Shown: positions 50,701 through 63,354, counted from the first letter of the stretch. The stretch is DNA of 64,000 nucleotides from Squalus acanthias (GCA_030390025.1 CM059433.1:26414001-26478000), one strand, 5' to 3'. A program made the numbers and translations. Notes: generated by a model not told the origin, from the sequence alone.

Positions 50701-53041
50701 GTTCTTTCCTGTTGCCTCTTGTTATGCGCCACCTTCACCTGCAAGAAAGAGGGAAGTGTGTCAGTGAGTGTCCTGCAATATGTTTGGGTGTTGTGGCTGT
50801 CATAGTTGAATATTTGCCAGTGTGTGCGAGCTGTGAGTTATGGGTGTGAGGCTTGCCACAGTGCTAAGGGTGAGGGTGAGGTAAAGCATTTTTAGGGCTG
50901 AGTACTGATTGATAGAGATTGTTGGTAGGTGGATGATGGGGGTATAGAGAATTGAGCAGTGGATGAGGCTAGTGGTGCAGTTGGTAGGATATGCCATTTG
51001 AAGATTGAACTCACTCACCTTGACAACTCGTGTCAGATCATTAAATTTCTTCCTGCACTGCATCATTCCTGACATTGACCTCCTCCGTTACTTGTTCCCA
51101 CTGCCTCCTGAGCGTATGTCTGAAAGGCCCCCTGCCCCCTGCGGATAAAGGACATCTCTCTCTTCTTTCCACCTCTTCCACCAAAACCTCCAGTGCATGA
51201 GACCTTGGTGCATGCTCTCTCTGATGTTCAGGCATTCCTTAAGTATTACAGCATGGTTTAACTTTTGAAAATACTCCCACCACTTCTTGCAGCCACAATG
51301 CACCACCCCTTTAAGAGATGCAGGCTGCCTTTAAGTAGCACTAGACACTCGCGATATCAGGCCCCCTGCTGACGTGTGCAGCCAATGAAAAGCGCAGGGA
51401 GCACTGGCTGCACACAGCAATCATTTAAAAGAGCAGGCAGAAGCAATTTAACGTGCTGCCTGGCAACACAGTGAACGGGCGTGGGTTAATCGCGTACCGC
51501 GGTCCCCCCGCCCATTTTCGGGGGTCAGCCAATTTCACCCCAGTGGCTCTGAGGGAGGACTCAACTTTCTTTATTATCTATTTGCTTGTCTATCGCACTC
51601 AGCAATATTGAAACAGCAATTATGTGAGTGTGTCATTCTCCAGGTACTGATTCAACTGGTGGTTCAACACGGCTGCCCAAAAACAACATTTTTGTGGTTA
51701 TAATTGAGGTAAAAAGAAATATTAATTTTTTTCTGGCTTTTAACCAACCCATTGTAAATTGCCCATATTTGAACCACTGAATAACATCAGAACAGATCAT
51801 TTTTCTCGTGGTTAGGAGTGAGACTCCCACGTGCTATTATAAATATTAACTACATTTTTAAAACAAATTAGCTTTTTCCGTTGCATCATGCATTACATAC
51901 ACTCTGTGAAAGTTTGTTGCCTAGACAAATAAATACAATATTGTGGAATACCAGCTAAAAATTACACAAAAGTATGGTTGCGCTAACCAGCCATGTCTGC
52001 AGTTTGTAAACAATAGGCAGTCATCTCCTTCTCCTGGCGCCAGTGCAGTTTCTATTGCGTCACGTGTTGTAACTCTGCTGGTTCTTAAAACGTTTTCCTC
52101 AATAATAGTGTGCAAGAGATCATTAATATTTAAAGAGCAAATACCTCATTTTTATAAATCAACAAAGTTATGACTAATTTTAACATTTTTATTCTTTTCA
52201 TTTTATTTCTGTTGATTTAAAAATATATCTTTTTATTTACGTGAGTCCTCAGGACATCACTGGGAGAACTCAGTTGAAGGGTAAGGAGACAAGGACCTCA
52301 AGTTCAGAAAATAAAGGGCCCATTTTCAGACTGTTAGTACATTATTTTAGTGATCACTTGCCATCAAACACAGTAATCTCCCTCCCTGCTTTCAAAAGCC
52401 TCCTACAAGCAATTCTCTTTAACTGTTTCTCCCCCCACCAATCCTTCTCTTCTCTTACACCCTGTCCCGAACTCAGTGTCCACTTATTGTCCAACATCCT
52501 CATAGAATTATAGAATCATACAGCACACAGAAGGAGACCATTCGGTCCATCGTGCCTATCCCGGCTCTTTGAAGAACTATCCAATTAATCCCACTCACCT
52601 GCTGTTTCCCCATAGTCCTGCAAATTTCTCCTTTTCAAGTATTTATCTAGTACCCTTTTGAAAGTTACTACTGAATTTTCTTCCACTGTTGTTGTTGGAA
52701 GAAAACTGTCGTTGAAGCACAATTAGTTCAAGATGTTTTAGTGCATAATCCTGACCCTATGGGCTGGATTTTGTCATTGGGGGCGGCCTGGGGGCGTGTC
52801 AGGTGGTCGGCGTGTCAGGACCCCACCTCCGATGTGAGGCGGGACAATTGAGCGATTTTGCCCTAATTGGGCACTTGATTTCCAGCGTGTGGGAACCCCT
52901 GGCCCAATGAGTCTTTTGATGCTGAAACTCGCCTCCGATTACGTCATCTATGCAGCTGCATTTAAGACCTGCAAGCAGTCTTGGTTCTTTTTCAGCCTTT
53001 CAACTTTTGCATTATACTTCTGAGGAATTCCTACTGCAACC

Positions 53042-55049
53042 ATGTCCAGCACCAGGCCAAAGTGTGCACTCCGATTCGATGAGACCTCCCTCCAAGCTCT
53101 GGTGGAGGGAGCAAGAGCAAATAAGGAAGTGCTGTTTCCTTCTTCAGGGAGGAAAAAGCCTCCACAACAGACCAAAGCAGTGTGGCTGCAAGTGGCACAG
53201 GAGGTGAATGCGATATCAGTGTGCAGCAGAACCTGGCTGCAGTGCAGAAAGAGGTTTCATGACCTTCTCCGCACAGGAAAAGTGAGTATTCCATCCCCAT
53301 GACCCTCAAGCTGATCCCCATCGCCTCTCACCACCAGCACTCTGCTTTGTCAACCTCCTCCTCCACATCCCACTTGACCCTTACATCCCTGGACCCTTAA
53401 CCATTCCCTCTCTCTGTATGTTCACATTCACTTAACTATTCGACTATGCAGCCCTCACACTCCCTATCACTGTGATACAATGACAACAACTTACAACACA
53501 CAGGGAGGGCCCTTGATATTGGCACCTCACTCCATCTTTGCGTCCTTCTAGGCATCTATGCTATGGATTCTCTACACTCACTCCAACATTCTCACCCAAA
53601 CTCCACTTGTCTCCCTCATTGCAGGAAAAGAGAGCCCACAATAAGAGGGAGAGGGCGAGGACAGGAGGAGGGCCGCCCTCAACTACCCAGCTCACCACAG
53701 CAGAGGAGGCGGCCCTGGAGATCGTGGGAGTCGAGGAGGATGCACAAGTGGGGGACGGACAGATGGGCGCATCAGAGAAAGCTGGTGACAGAATAGTTTT
53801 TCATCTCCCTCATTGACATTGCATGAGTGACTGATATTGATTCTGATGCTCTAACAGATTGACTTATGATCATCTGCACAATTCAATGTGCATGCAACAT
53901 TTATCTCACATGTCTCACTCTTTTCTTTACTCCCCCACAGGACCAGCGACAGCCCCCCTCCCCACTGTCCAGGAGGAACAGCCTGAGCTTCCAGACTCCT
54001 CAGAGGAACCTGCAACCTCTGAGGGCGCAGCGTCAGCAGAATTAAGCGCACCCAGCACCAGCGCAGACACTCACACCTCGGTGGGACCTTCGGGAGATAG
54101 AGTAGAGTTGTCACCTGGTGTACCACAGCTCACAAGTGAGCATCAGCAGATGGTGGAGACAGGGACAGCAGTGGAGAGTCCTCGTCGGAGGGCGCAGGAC
54201 TCTCTCAGCTCGGCTCCGCTGCATGTCGACCGTGTGCCTCCGGGTCCATCCAGAAGGAGAGCGGTGCTGGAACTCCAGGAACAGGTGCATGAGTCTCTGG
54301 CAGGTTTTGTCTCCAGGGTCGTTGCGAGTGTGGAGCGAATGGAGGAGTCCATCGCTAACATGAGAAGAGCCTTTGTGGAGGCGTTAGCGCATGAATGCAT
54401 CACCACGGAAAGGATGGCAACCTCCGTGGAAAGGATGGCTACCTCCGTGGTAAGACTGGCTACCGTAGAGGAGAGGATGGCTACGGTAGAGGAGAGGTTG
54501 GCTATGGCCATGGAGGAGCTTAGTCGCCAGGGTCTTGAAAACATGGTCATTGTTCAGAATAGACTGACATCTCTTGAGGAGCAATGGTCAGCTATTGAGC
54601 AGAGAAACCAGACCTACATGGAAGTCCTCTGGAGTAGGACTTCCAGTGCAGAAACGGGTCCTCATGGCCCCCCTGAAGCGCAGCAAGGTGCTGTCAAGCC
54701 ACTTGCTAGCTCTGAAGTGGGGCTGACCCATGAGAGGGATGTTGGTGGCAGAGAACAAGGAAGTGGGGGTTCCTCTCCAAGCGCTCACACAACCATGCCA
54801 CTGCAGAGCCCTTGGTCAGAGCCCCACCAGAGTCCTCACCCAACTGAGATCGGCGTCTCAGCCCCTGCACAGTCACAAGAGCAGCAGACTGTTGCCGAGC
54901 CCTCACAAGCTCGCAACCCCAGAGAATGCCCGCCAAAGGTGTCGAGGCAGGAGCAGCAAGAAAGTGAACAAGGGGCCTTCACATCTGCTGAAGCCACAGG
55001 GGAAGCACCACGTAGGAGCACGCGTAAGAGGAAGATAAAGCACAAGTAG
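53042..55049 (+). CDS. Harbinger B Myb/SANT protein (exons 53042-53281, 53625-53784, 53941-55049; 502 aa)
   Basis: LRFDETSLQAL...WLQVA...QCRKRFHDL|EKRAHNKRERARTGGG; the spliced frame is open; the second donor GTGACA is weak. Confidence 0.85.
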
Positions 55050-55308
55050 TCACAAGGGTAATCACTTGGGTGTTCTGTTGTGTTTATTTTTGAAAAGCCA
55101 TCCATGATTTGATGTGATTAAAAAAACTTGATGGCAAACTGTTGAAGTTGTGGCCTGTGTCATTTCGCAAATGGGACTTCCACTTTGAGGGCTTAGGGCG
55201 ACTTGCAATTGTCTGTATGCTGGTCAGTATGATAGGAACCCACCGGTTCTTGGCCATTGTTGATGCTCTGGTAAGAAGGTGTGAGGCAAAAGTGTTTGAT
55301 TGAGCAGG

Positions 55309-56553
55309 CTAAGCAAATCTGGCCAAGATGAGTGCGTCCCTTGCATCCCGGGCAGCAATGTGCTCGCGTGCTGCTGCTGCTGGTTGATGCACCTCCGCAA
55401 GCTGTTTGTTGTCGCTCTCATCCTCCTCCTCCTCCTCATCTGAGGAGGCTATGCGATGAGCCACTTGTACCTCAGGCATCTGCAAGCCACGATGCTGTGC
55501 CATGTTGTGAAGTGTACAGCAGACAACGACAATTCTGGAGACCCTGGCTGCTGAGTACTGCAGGGCTCCACCTGATCTATGAAGGCATCTGAATCGCATC
55601 TTCAGCAAGCCGATGGTTTGCTTGATTATGGATCTGGTGTAAATGTGGCTGGAGTTGTAGTGCTCCTCAGCTTCGTTGGATGGGCTCCTCAATGGCGTCA
55701 TTAGCCATGTCTTCAGGGGATAGCCCTTGTCTCCAAGTAGCCATCCGAAAAGTTGGTCTGGCGGACTGAAGAGCGGAGGCATACTAGACTGGTGCAGGAT
55801 GAAGGAGTCATGGCAACTGCCAGGGTACTTGGCACAAACATGCAAAATTTCCTTCTTATGGTCACACACCAGCTGCACGTTAAGGGAGTGGAAGCCCTTG
55901 CGGTTGACAAAAATACCTGGATCGTGATGGGGTGCCTTAAGGGCGACATGTGTGCAGTCAACGACGCCCTGCACCCTTGGAGAGCCTGCCAGATTAGCAA
56001 ATCCAACCGCATGCACGGTTACACTTGTTTGATTCTTGGAGAAGTTGATGTAATTGTGCGCGATGGCAAAGAGGGCATCGGTTACTTGCGTGATGCAAGT
56101 GTGTGCGGCCGCCTGGGAGATGCCGCTGATGTCTGCTGTTGATCCCTGGAATGAGCCTGAAGCAAAAAAGTTGAGTGCGGTGGTGACTTTGACGGCCACT
56201 GGTAAGTGGTGTCCACCTGCTCCTCTGGGCTCCAGGTCTTGCTGCAGCATTGCGCAGATGTCACCCACTACCTCTCGTGAAAGTCTGAGCCTCCTTTGGC
56301 ACTGCTGCTCAGTCATGTTGAGGTAGCTCATCCTCTGTCTGTAATCCCTGTTTTGGGGGTATCTCCTGCGGCGACGTGCTTCCATGCGCTGGCACCTTCT
56401 GGCCTGTGTAGCGTCAGGTGGGTGAGCAGCAGCTTGGCGCTCCTGTTGTTGCTCCTGCTGTTGGTGCCGCTGTTGTTCAGGGTTCTGCTGCTGCCACAGC
56501 TGGTCTTCATCCAAATCAGATGTCCAGGAGGAAAGGAAATAAATGGTTCCCAT
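55309..56553 (-). CDS. Harbinger B DDE transposase (414 aa; third catalytic residue E>K)
   Basis: [37 protein letters not shown]. Confidence 0.93.
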   Translation of the reverse strand: MGTIYFLSSWTSDLDEDQLWQQQNPEQQRHQQQEQQQERQAAAHPPDATQARRCQRMEARRRRRYPQNRDYRQRMSYLNMTEQQCQRRLRLSREVVGDICAMLQQDLEPRGAGGHHLPVAVKVTTALNFFASGSFQGSTADISGISQAAAHTCITQVTDALFAIAHNYINFSKNQTSVTVHAVGFANLAGSPRVQGVVDCTHVALKAPHHDPGIFVNRKGFHSLNVQLVCDHKKEILHVCAKYPGSCHDSFILHQSSMPPLFSPPDQLFGWLLGDKGYPLKTWLMTPLRSPSNEAEEHYNSSHIYTRSIIKQTIGLLKMRFRCLHRSGGALQYSAARVSRIVVVCCTLHNMAQHRGLQMPEVQVAHRIASSDEEEEEDESDNKQLAEVHQPAAAAREHIAARDARDALILARFA

Positions 56554-57789
56554 GCTTCTGGTATATACCTCAGTTGAGGAAGCGCTCAGTCATGGTGGGG
56601 AGAGGGGTTTCCCAGGAGGTCACACTGGAGATGGCTCTCAGGCTCCAAACTTCCACAACAATGAGTAAGCCTGCTAAAAGTTCTCCCAGACCTCAGACAA
56701 CAAATTTCTGCCACCTGCAAGTGATCATTGGTGAAAACCCCTTTTTAATGGTGGAGCTGTAGCTGTTAGTAAGCCATCCACTTGTGAGCCCGCCAGGATT
56801 AACTGGCGTGTTCCAGAGGAGACATGCAGCATGGGGGAAATGTGTTAAATTCAGAAAGGCCTCTCAAAATGGGATTATAGAGGCACTTAACTGATTGTTA
56901 AGGGCCTGAAGGGCTGGTCTGAAACCCCAATTTTGGCAAAATTGCTCAGAGGTGGGCTGGAGGCGGGATCGGATCCGCCCGCCATTTTTTGCGATTTTAA
57001 CACCTCTCACGCCTCCAATCCCGCCTCCTCGGGCCTATCAAAATCGAGCCCTTTAACTCTAGTAGAATGGTGTAAAAGTTATAAAGATGATAAATAACAA
57101 ATATTTAATTAAAATCAGATTTATACATAACAAGAATTGTCCACATCAGTACTGAGTACTGAATCTGCTTCCATGACCCTTTCAGGTAGTGCATTCCTGA
57201 TCGTAACAACTTGCTGCTTTAAAAAAATTCTCCTAATTTCTCCCCTGGATTTTTTGCCAATTACCTTAAATCTGTGTCCTCTGATTACCTACCCTCCTGC
57301 CTGAGGAAACAGTTTCTCTCTATCTCCTCTATCAAAACCACTTATAATTTTGAACTATTAAATCTCCCTTTAATCTTCTCTGCTCTGAGGAGAACAATCC
57401 CAGCTTCTCTAGTCTCTCCACATAACTGAAGTCCCTCATTCCTGGTATCTTCCTGGTAAATCTCCTCTGCACACTCTCCAAGGCCTTGACATCCTTCCTA
57501 AATTGTGGTGCCCAGAATTGGACACAATATTCTAGCTAAGGCCTAACCACTGTTTTATAAAGGTTTAGCATAACTTCTTATAAAACTTTTGGAGATGTCT
57601 CACTTTATGGGAGAAGCACCATAGAATTGTAAGTATTTGTTGTTACTCCAGCCAGTAAGGGTACTTTAGGCTTAACATTAGTCGATGTATTCCTAAACAG
57701 GTTTAACACACTGGTGAAAAAAAATACCGATGAAGACTATTTTTGGATGTCCCCCTCCCACATCAATGATTAAGAAAGTTTATCAGTTA

Positions 57790-58375
57790 TGTAGCTGAAT
57801 CAGACTAGGCAGTCCCAAGATCAAGTTCAGTTAGATGATCTCAACTGGAGTGTTGATATACTTTGGCAGGACCTGTAAGGTTCTCCCAGTGTCCTGGACA
57901 ATATATATCCCTCAACCAACACCTAAAACAGATAATCTCGTCATTTATTTCATTTCTGTTTGTGGGACCTTGCCGTGCGTAAATTGGATGCTATATTTCC
58001 TGGATTACAATAGTGACTATGCTTCAAAAGTACTTAATTGGCTGTAAAGTGCTTTGGGATGTCCTGAGGTTGAGAAAGACACTATATAAATGCAGCCTCT
58101 CTCTTTCTTTCACCAGGGTCTGCACTTCTGATAGCTGTCTGCTGACTCCTGCTGCAAGTATGCAAGAGTTGTTGGCAGATGAGAACGGGATCAGACTTGG
58201 CTGCAATTCACTTCCTTCTCTGTGGCCAACTCCACTCCCTACCAGTTGAAAAGTCTGCCAATACTCACTGTTAAATCTTACATGTAAAAATTAGCCACTA
58301 TAGGCACCAGAGTGGAACTGTATCCCAGTAAGGAATCAATGCTTTTAGGGGAGGAGGTAAGGAAGAAAATTGTGG
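57790..58375 (+). mobile_element. Old SINE-like repeat (same family as 1660-2000), interrupted
   Basis: AGTTAGATGATCTCA before the insertion and CTGCCAATACTCACTG...CCCAGTAAGGAATCAATG after it. Confidence 0.45.
57880..58110 (+). mobile_element. Deu-domain SINE 3' half
   Basis: Aligns to 3215-3434 (TATCCCTCAACCAACA...CTGTAAAGTGCTTTGGGA...CTATATAAATGCA). Confidence 0.85.
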
Positions 58376-58614
58376 AGCGGAAAAAAACTTAACTGATTTA
58401 AAAAGGACAGGGGCCGACAGATCCAATTAACTGAAGTAGTTGCATTTTCTGTACTTTAAAAGACATGTAACACCATCAATGGAAATCACACTCTGGCCAG
58501 GTTTTAACAATGCCAGAATACAATCTGCAGCATTGCAATCATTATTGAAATGTTGCTCCCACCAGTTGCAGCAGTGGTTGTGCTGCCTGAGGGAAATAGG
58601 ATGAATAGGTGATC

Positions 58615-58800
58615 TAGGAACATAGGAACAGGAATAGAACATGCAGCTCCTCGAGCCTGTTCCATCATTCAATTAGATCATGGCTGATCTGTATTGTAAG
58701 TCCATTTACCCGCATTTGCTCCATATCCCTTAATACCCTTACCTAACAAAAATCTCAGTTTCAAATTTTTCAATTGACCGAGCCTCAGCAGCTTTTTGAG
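58615..58800 (-). mobile_element. CR1 3' end
   Basis: TAGGAACATAGGAAC tail; FLLGKGIKGYGANAG. Confidence 0.8.
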
Positions 58801-59888
58801 CAGATCTGTCCATATAAGAGGAGAGCAGCAAAGGTTATACGGGCCTAGAAGGAATTGCCTAGATTTATCTGATGTGAAGTGATATCCATCATAGGCAGAT
58901 TGTTGATTTGGCACCAAACAGGTTTTGTCTGCTACCCAAGCTTTTGGACAAGACCATTCTGCAGCTGCTCAAAGCAGCTTTGTAGTTGACTAAGTACATT
59001 CTTGAGCTTTCCAAAACCTTTGTTGGCTCTCTGCTGGGGCACAGTTCTGTAAGTTCTTTACAGACGCTGAGACCACAGTATGGGGCAAGGACTTATTGTT
59101 ATTATTTTGAGGTTTTAAAATTGGTTGGCCTGTTCAGCTATGATTGTTCCAGTTCCTTCAAGGGGTGTATGCTTAGTAATTGCAACAAGTAGCTGCAATT
59201 TGACCCAGAAATGTCATTGTTTACTTCATGGTTTTCAGTACAACAGCTGTTCACAACTCCTTAAAGCATCCGTGGCTGTTAACTGAGGGAACTGTCATTG
59301 TGTTTTGCCTATCCCTTTCTATTTCCTAGTTCTGGAGGGTATCCCAAGCGTTCCCTCGTAAAAGTCACTAACCGAACTCCATGATGACCAGAAGTCAAGA
59401 AGAATAGGCTTTAGAATGCTGGCAGTAGGATATCCCTTAAAAATTAACTTATTATGGTAAGAATTTCCGCTGTTATGCTGCGGTGCTGCAGAATATGTCT
59501 GTGTGTAAGGGAGTGAATAAGGACATAAAGAATGAAAAACAAAGAATGGTATGAGCCATGAGCTTGGGAGAGACCTCTGATCTCACCCATTCCTACTCTC
59601 TTTATTATCCTCATGCTCAGAAGTCCAAAACCCTCCTTGTAAGAAGTCAAGGTTTGTATGTTAGGTGCCCCCCACCCCTCTCCAGTCTGCATGCACTGCC
59701 ATCTGTTATGTTATTTCTTCCCCTGCAAGCAAATCGGAAAGGGGACATGTGACAGTGCTATCAAATGCCCAGGCCAGCAGCCACCTTACGTGAATCTGTG
59801 AAGAGGCAGTGTGCTTGCGTTGGCAGTGTGCTTGGTGTTTATTGTTTGCCACATGGGTAAAGGCATTGCTATTGCAACAGTACACATT

Positions 59889-60530
59889 GGCCCAGAAATT
59901 GATCTCGCTCTGTTCCCGCGGGGGTAAGCCTTCCCCGCGATCTCTCACCTCGCTTGTGCTTTTTCAGATCCAGCTAGCATGAACTTGATGTTCCAGACAT
60001 CAGCCGGGCAGTGCTTGCGTATCCCACCGGCGTAGTGAATTCGTGCGAGCTGTGGGATCACGTGACTCGGTTAGAGCCAATGGCAGCACACCATCTTCCA
60101 TTCATAAGTTTCACAGCAAGGCTGTGAAATCTATGAATCTTACACCCCCCCAAAATAACAGCTAAACCTCAATTAATTTTTTTTTAAAAACCATCACATT
60201 AATAAAATAAGTATAGTTAAATAAATTAACCATTTTAAATAAAAAATTAAATTTTTGAAAAAATTTAAAATCTTTTAAAAAGTTATAAAAATAAACTTAC
60301 CTGTCTTTAAAGTCTCTAAAAAAGATATACCTGTAAAAAAAAATTCAAAAAAATACTTAATTCACTACTTACCTTGTTAAAAGTGGGTCTTACTCCTCCT
60401 TTTTACATTTCTAAAATCTTCAGTACTTACCTGCGCGTCCAAAGCATGAAGTGCGCAGGGCATGCAGAAAACCGGCAATTGCAGAGGGAATACGCGAGAG
60501 TACGCAGTGCGTACTCTCGCGCACCGGGAT
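59889..60530 (+). mobile_element. Harbinger-type MITE, family M copy 3 (right TIR lost)
   Basis: Starts GGCCCAGAAATT; collinear with 14234-14955 apart from an internal deletion. Confidence 0.88.
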
Positions 60531-62839
60531 GTATTGTAAGGCAATGTTATAAAATTAAGCTAAATGTAGGCACAACTTACTTTGGTAATTTTCATAAGAC
60601 CAATTTTTCCCTCACCTGCTGCAGCTATTTCTTACCTTCCTCAGCAGCGGGCTAGCTTTAAGGGCAACCAGCAGCCCTTTACCCTGTTACAGCACCGATG
60701 ATGCCAATGGGTCGCGATTTTTCAATGTAGAGCAGGTCCCCACCTGCTGAAATCGATAACTTACCCTTTGACCCTAGTGTACTCCTAGCACATTATGGGC
60801 TGTGTGCCAGGAACACCACAGTTTCATGCAAATGAGTTGACCTAACGTTATACTGCAAGGTCAGCTTTCTGCTGTGCAGGTGGAGAGCGATGTCCTGTTG
60901 CCAGTGGCCAGGACCATGTTATTGGCCTTAATATTTTACTTTTCTGTGCTGAAATATGCCAATCTTACTTAAATGTCCCAGCAAACTTTCATATAATACC
61001 AGGATACAGGCTCAAGCTTAGAAGATGGAAGATGTACAGACAGTTTAGATTTATATTCTTCATGCAGAGATGGTGAACATGTGGAATGGACTGCCCAGGG
61101 AGACAGATAATATTAAATCTAATTTTCAAAACTAAAACTAAAAATAGATTTAATATCTGAGTGATATCTAGAGTAAAATCAGGTAACAGAAAGAGAATTA
61201 CAGAATGGGCCAGATTTTGCTGTCAAAATAACGGTGAGGCTAATGGCATTCGCCTTTATTTATGCATAAATGGTACAGCAACTCCAGGTGAGGGGCAGAT
61301 GCGCGGTTAAAAGCAAATATCCAGAAGTTGCTGTCCAGGTAGCGCCGCTCCGCCATTAGCTTTGCAGGATCTCACAGTCTGCCTCACCATTGAAATGCCT
61401 TGAATGTGCTAAATGTTGCTGTATTTTCGCGGTAGGTTCAGAGGTCAGGGTTGGCTCCAAATCAGGAAGTTAAAATGCAGTTGCAGCACCGATGATGCCA
61501 ATGGGCCACGATTTTTCAATATAAAGCAGGTCTCCACCTGCCAGGGGTGGGGTGGCCCTGCTTTTTCTGAATTAAGGTAGGTAAAGATGATGTGGGGCAG
61601 GAACACATCACGCCTCCCCGCCCCACCATCTTAACCCCCTCCGCTGCTGCGTGGGCTGAAATCTACCCCAGTGACTCTTTTCACTCCTCCCTTTTTAAGT
61701 TCACCACTCTAGCAACTTTAGACAGGAGGCTGGGTGCAGCCTAAGCCATAGCCATCATCAATCTATGATTATCCATACACTTATGTGTTATGTGGTCTTG
61801 GAGTTGTCTGACTAGTTATTGCTGTTCCTGAGATGGGGCACTTAGCTCGGAGTTGAACTTGAGCCTTAGTGGGGAGTCAAAAATACTGCTGCAAGAGAGG
61901 TAGAAGGCAGCTCCATTCCATTTTGATTGAATGAATAAATAAATGAATTAAGTCTCAAACGTAGTATTGTGGTTCATTATTGGAAATAAAGCCAATAATG
62001 AATTTGATTAAATGAGAGGGTTGATACTTTGGCGACATTAAAGGAAGGAATAGTATACTGTACTGTATATAATTCTGTCATTTCTGAACTGTCCAAACAT
62101 AAACCATATGATTAATGTATTAGTTTCAAAGGATTTTTATTTTCCTTGGATTTTTAATTTAAGTGACATTGTGGGGGTCACACTTTTTACAGCTGCAAGA
62201 AAGCTTGTTTGTAGTGGAGCCAAATAATACCACAAAGAAATGTGCAATCAAGTAGCTCATTGAAGGATTATTATGCCACACAGAGTGGTTTCTAGTTCCT
62301 TACTTGCACCTGTTTTTGTTGCAAAGTATTCCCACCTGTATATAAAACAAGAGGTCAATCTTTCATGTCTGTACGGAAAGGGAAAATGATATAATAGCTT
62401 CTGTGCTCTCATTCTTCCTGGGCCACATTTTCCTCTGTGTTAATTTTGATAAAATCATAGACTTGTGTAAATGGGGAAGCAGGACTGGTGGAAATCAGTA
62501 ACAGATTTTTCATGCCACATGCTACTCTGATTCTTGCATCCATTCTGAAATGTGTTCAGCAATTTGCCAAAAAAGATCTTGCTTGTTAAAGCCTTTTAAG
62601 GCCTTGTTCAAGGCCAATCGAGAGCAAACTTCAGCAGTTTTATGAAGGGGATAAAGATTCTCAGACTGCTTGCCCCTCTTCCAAGGCCTCATACACACCT
62701 AGGTGAATTTGGACTGAATCATGCAATTTTCACAGACTCCCTTCAGACACCGGTGAACACCACAAGATACATGTTGTTTTACTAATGATGGTAATAATAT
62801 CACTTTCTAGCTTGAAACACGTGTTTTTAGTTTGTTAGA

Positions 62840-63216
62840 ATCAACAACAACTTGCATTTATATAGCACCTTTAATATAGTAAAACATCCCAAGGCGCTTC
62901 ACAAGAGTGTTAAACAAGATTTGACATCGAGCCACTTGAGGAGATATTAGACAGGGAACCCAAACCATTGTGAAAGAGGTAGGTTTTAAGGAGTGTTTTA
63001 AAGGAGGAGAGAGAGGCAGAGAGGTTTAGGGAGGGAGTTCCAGGGTTTAGAGCCTCGGCAGCTGAAGGCATGGCCACCAATGGAGCAATTAAAATCGGGG
63101 ATACACAAGAGGTCAGAATTGAAGGAGTGCAGAGATCTCGGAGGGCTGTGGGGCTGGAGTAAGTTACAGAGATCGGGAGGGGCGAGGCCATGGAAGAATT
63201 TGAAAACAAGGATGAG
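62840..63216 (-). mobile_element. L2-clade LINE 3' fragment
   Basis: SSFKTLLKTYLF; homologous to 3670-4078 including the tail. Confidence 0.85.
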
Positions 63217-63354
63217 TTAATTTAATGGTGCTCCCCTGAGGGGGCACTTGTTGGGTATTAGTCGCTTACTTATGGCATTGGTGCACCCAATGTCACTTCG
63301 CTGGTTCACACAAAGAGGCAGGGGAAATATAAATTAAATGTCTGTTTTGAATTT

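Larger units (their letters stand above)
33688..51235 (-). pseudogene. Harbinger D Myb/SANT gene, split by ~16 kb of insertions
   Basis: Exon 1 ~51235-51019 (REHAPR...LEVLVEEV...WEQV...QCRKKFNDLTRVVK|gtgagt); exon 2 VKVAHNKRQQERTGGG; exon 3 pieces at ~50438-50385 and 34695-33688 (...ATGEAPRRSTR...). Confidence 0.75.
24654..51541 (+). mobile_element. Fragmented autonomous Harbinger D, host of nested insertions
   Basis: Left end GAGGGAGAAATTGG, right end rc GGGGTGAAATTGG; pieces at 24654-24947, 26581-27182, 31858-31987, 32747-34695 and 50385-51541 are collinear with Harbinger A. No matching TSD found. Confidence 0.7.
52761..57051. mobile_element. Full-length autonomous-type Harbinger B (4291 bp)
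   Basis: TIRs GGGCTGGATTTTG / rc GGGCTCGATTTTG; flanks TAT/TTT; two convergent genes. Confidence 0.93.
52500..57580 (-). mobile_element. CR1 3' fragment in two parts (52500-52690, 57157-57580) flanking Harbinger B
   Basis: CATAGAATTATAGAATC tail; resumes at TACTGAATCTGCTTCC, collinear with 4756-5350. Confidence 0.75.

Noticed and set aside
51600..52240. Possible host exon or conserved non-coding element
   Set aside because: Only short ORFs with no recognisable homology or convincing splice pair; conservation cannot be judged from one sequence.
43569..56553. Domesticated host genes HARBI1, NAIF1 or MSANTD
   Set aside because: The ORFs lie inside TIR/TSD-bounded elements nested in other repeats and occur as several decayed paralogs.
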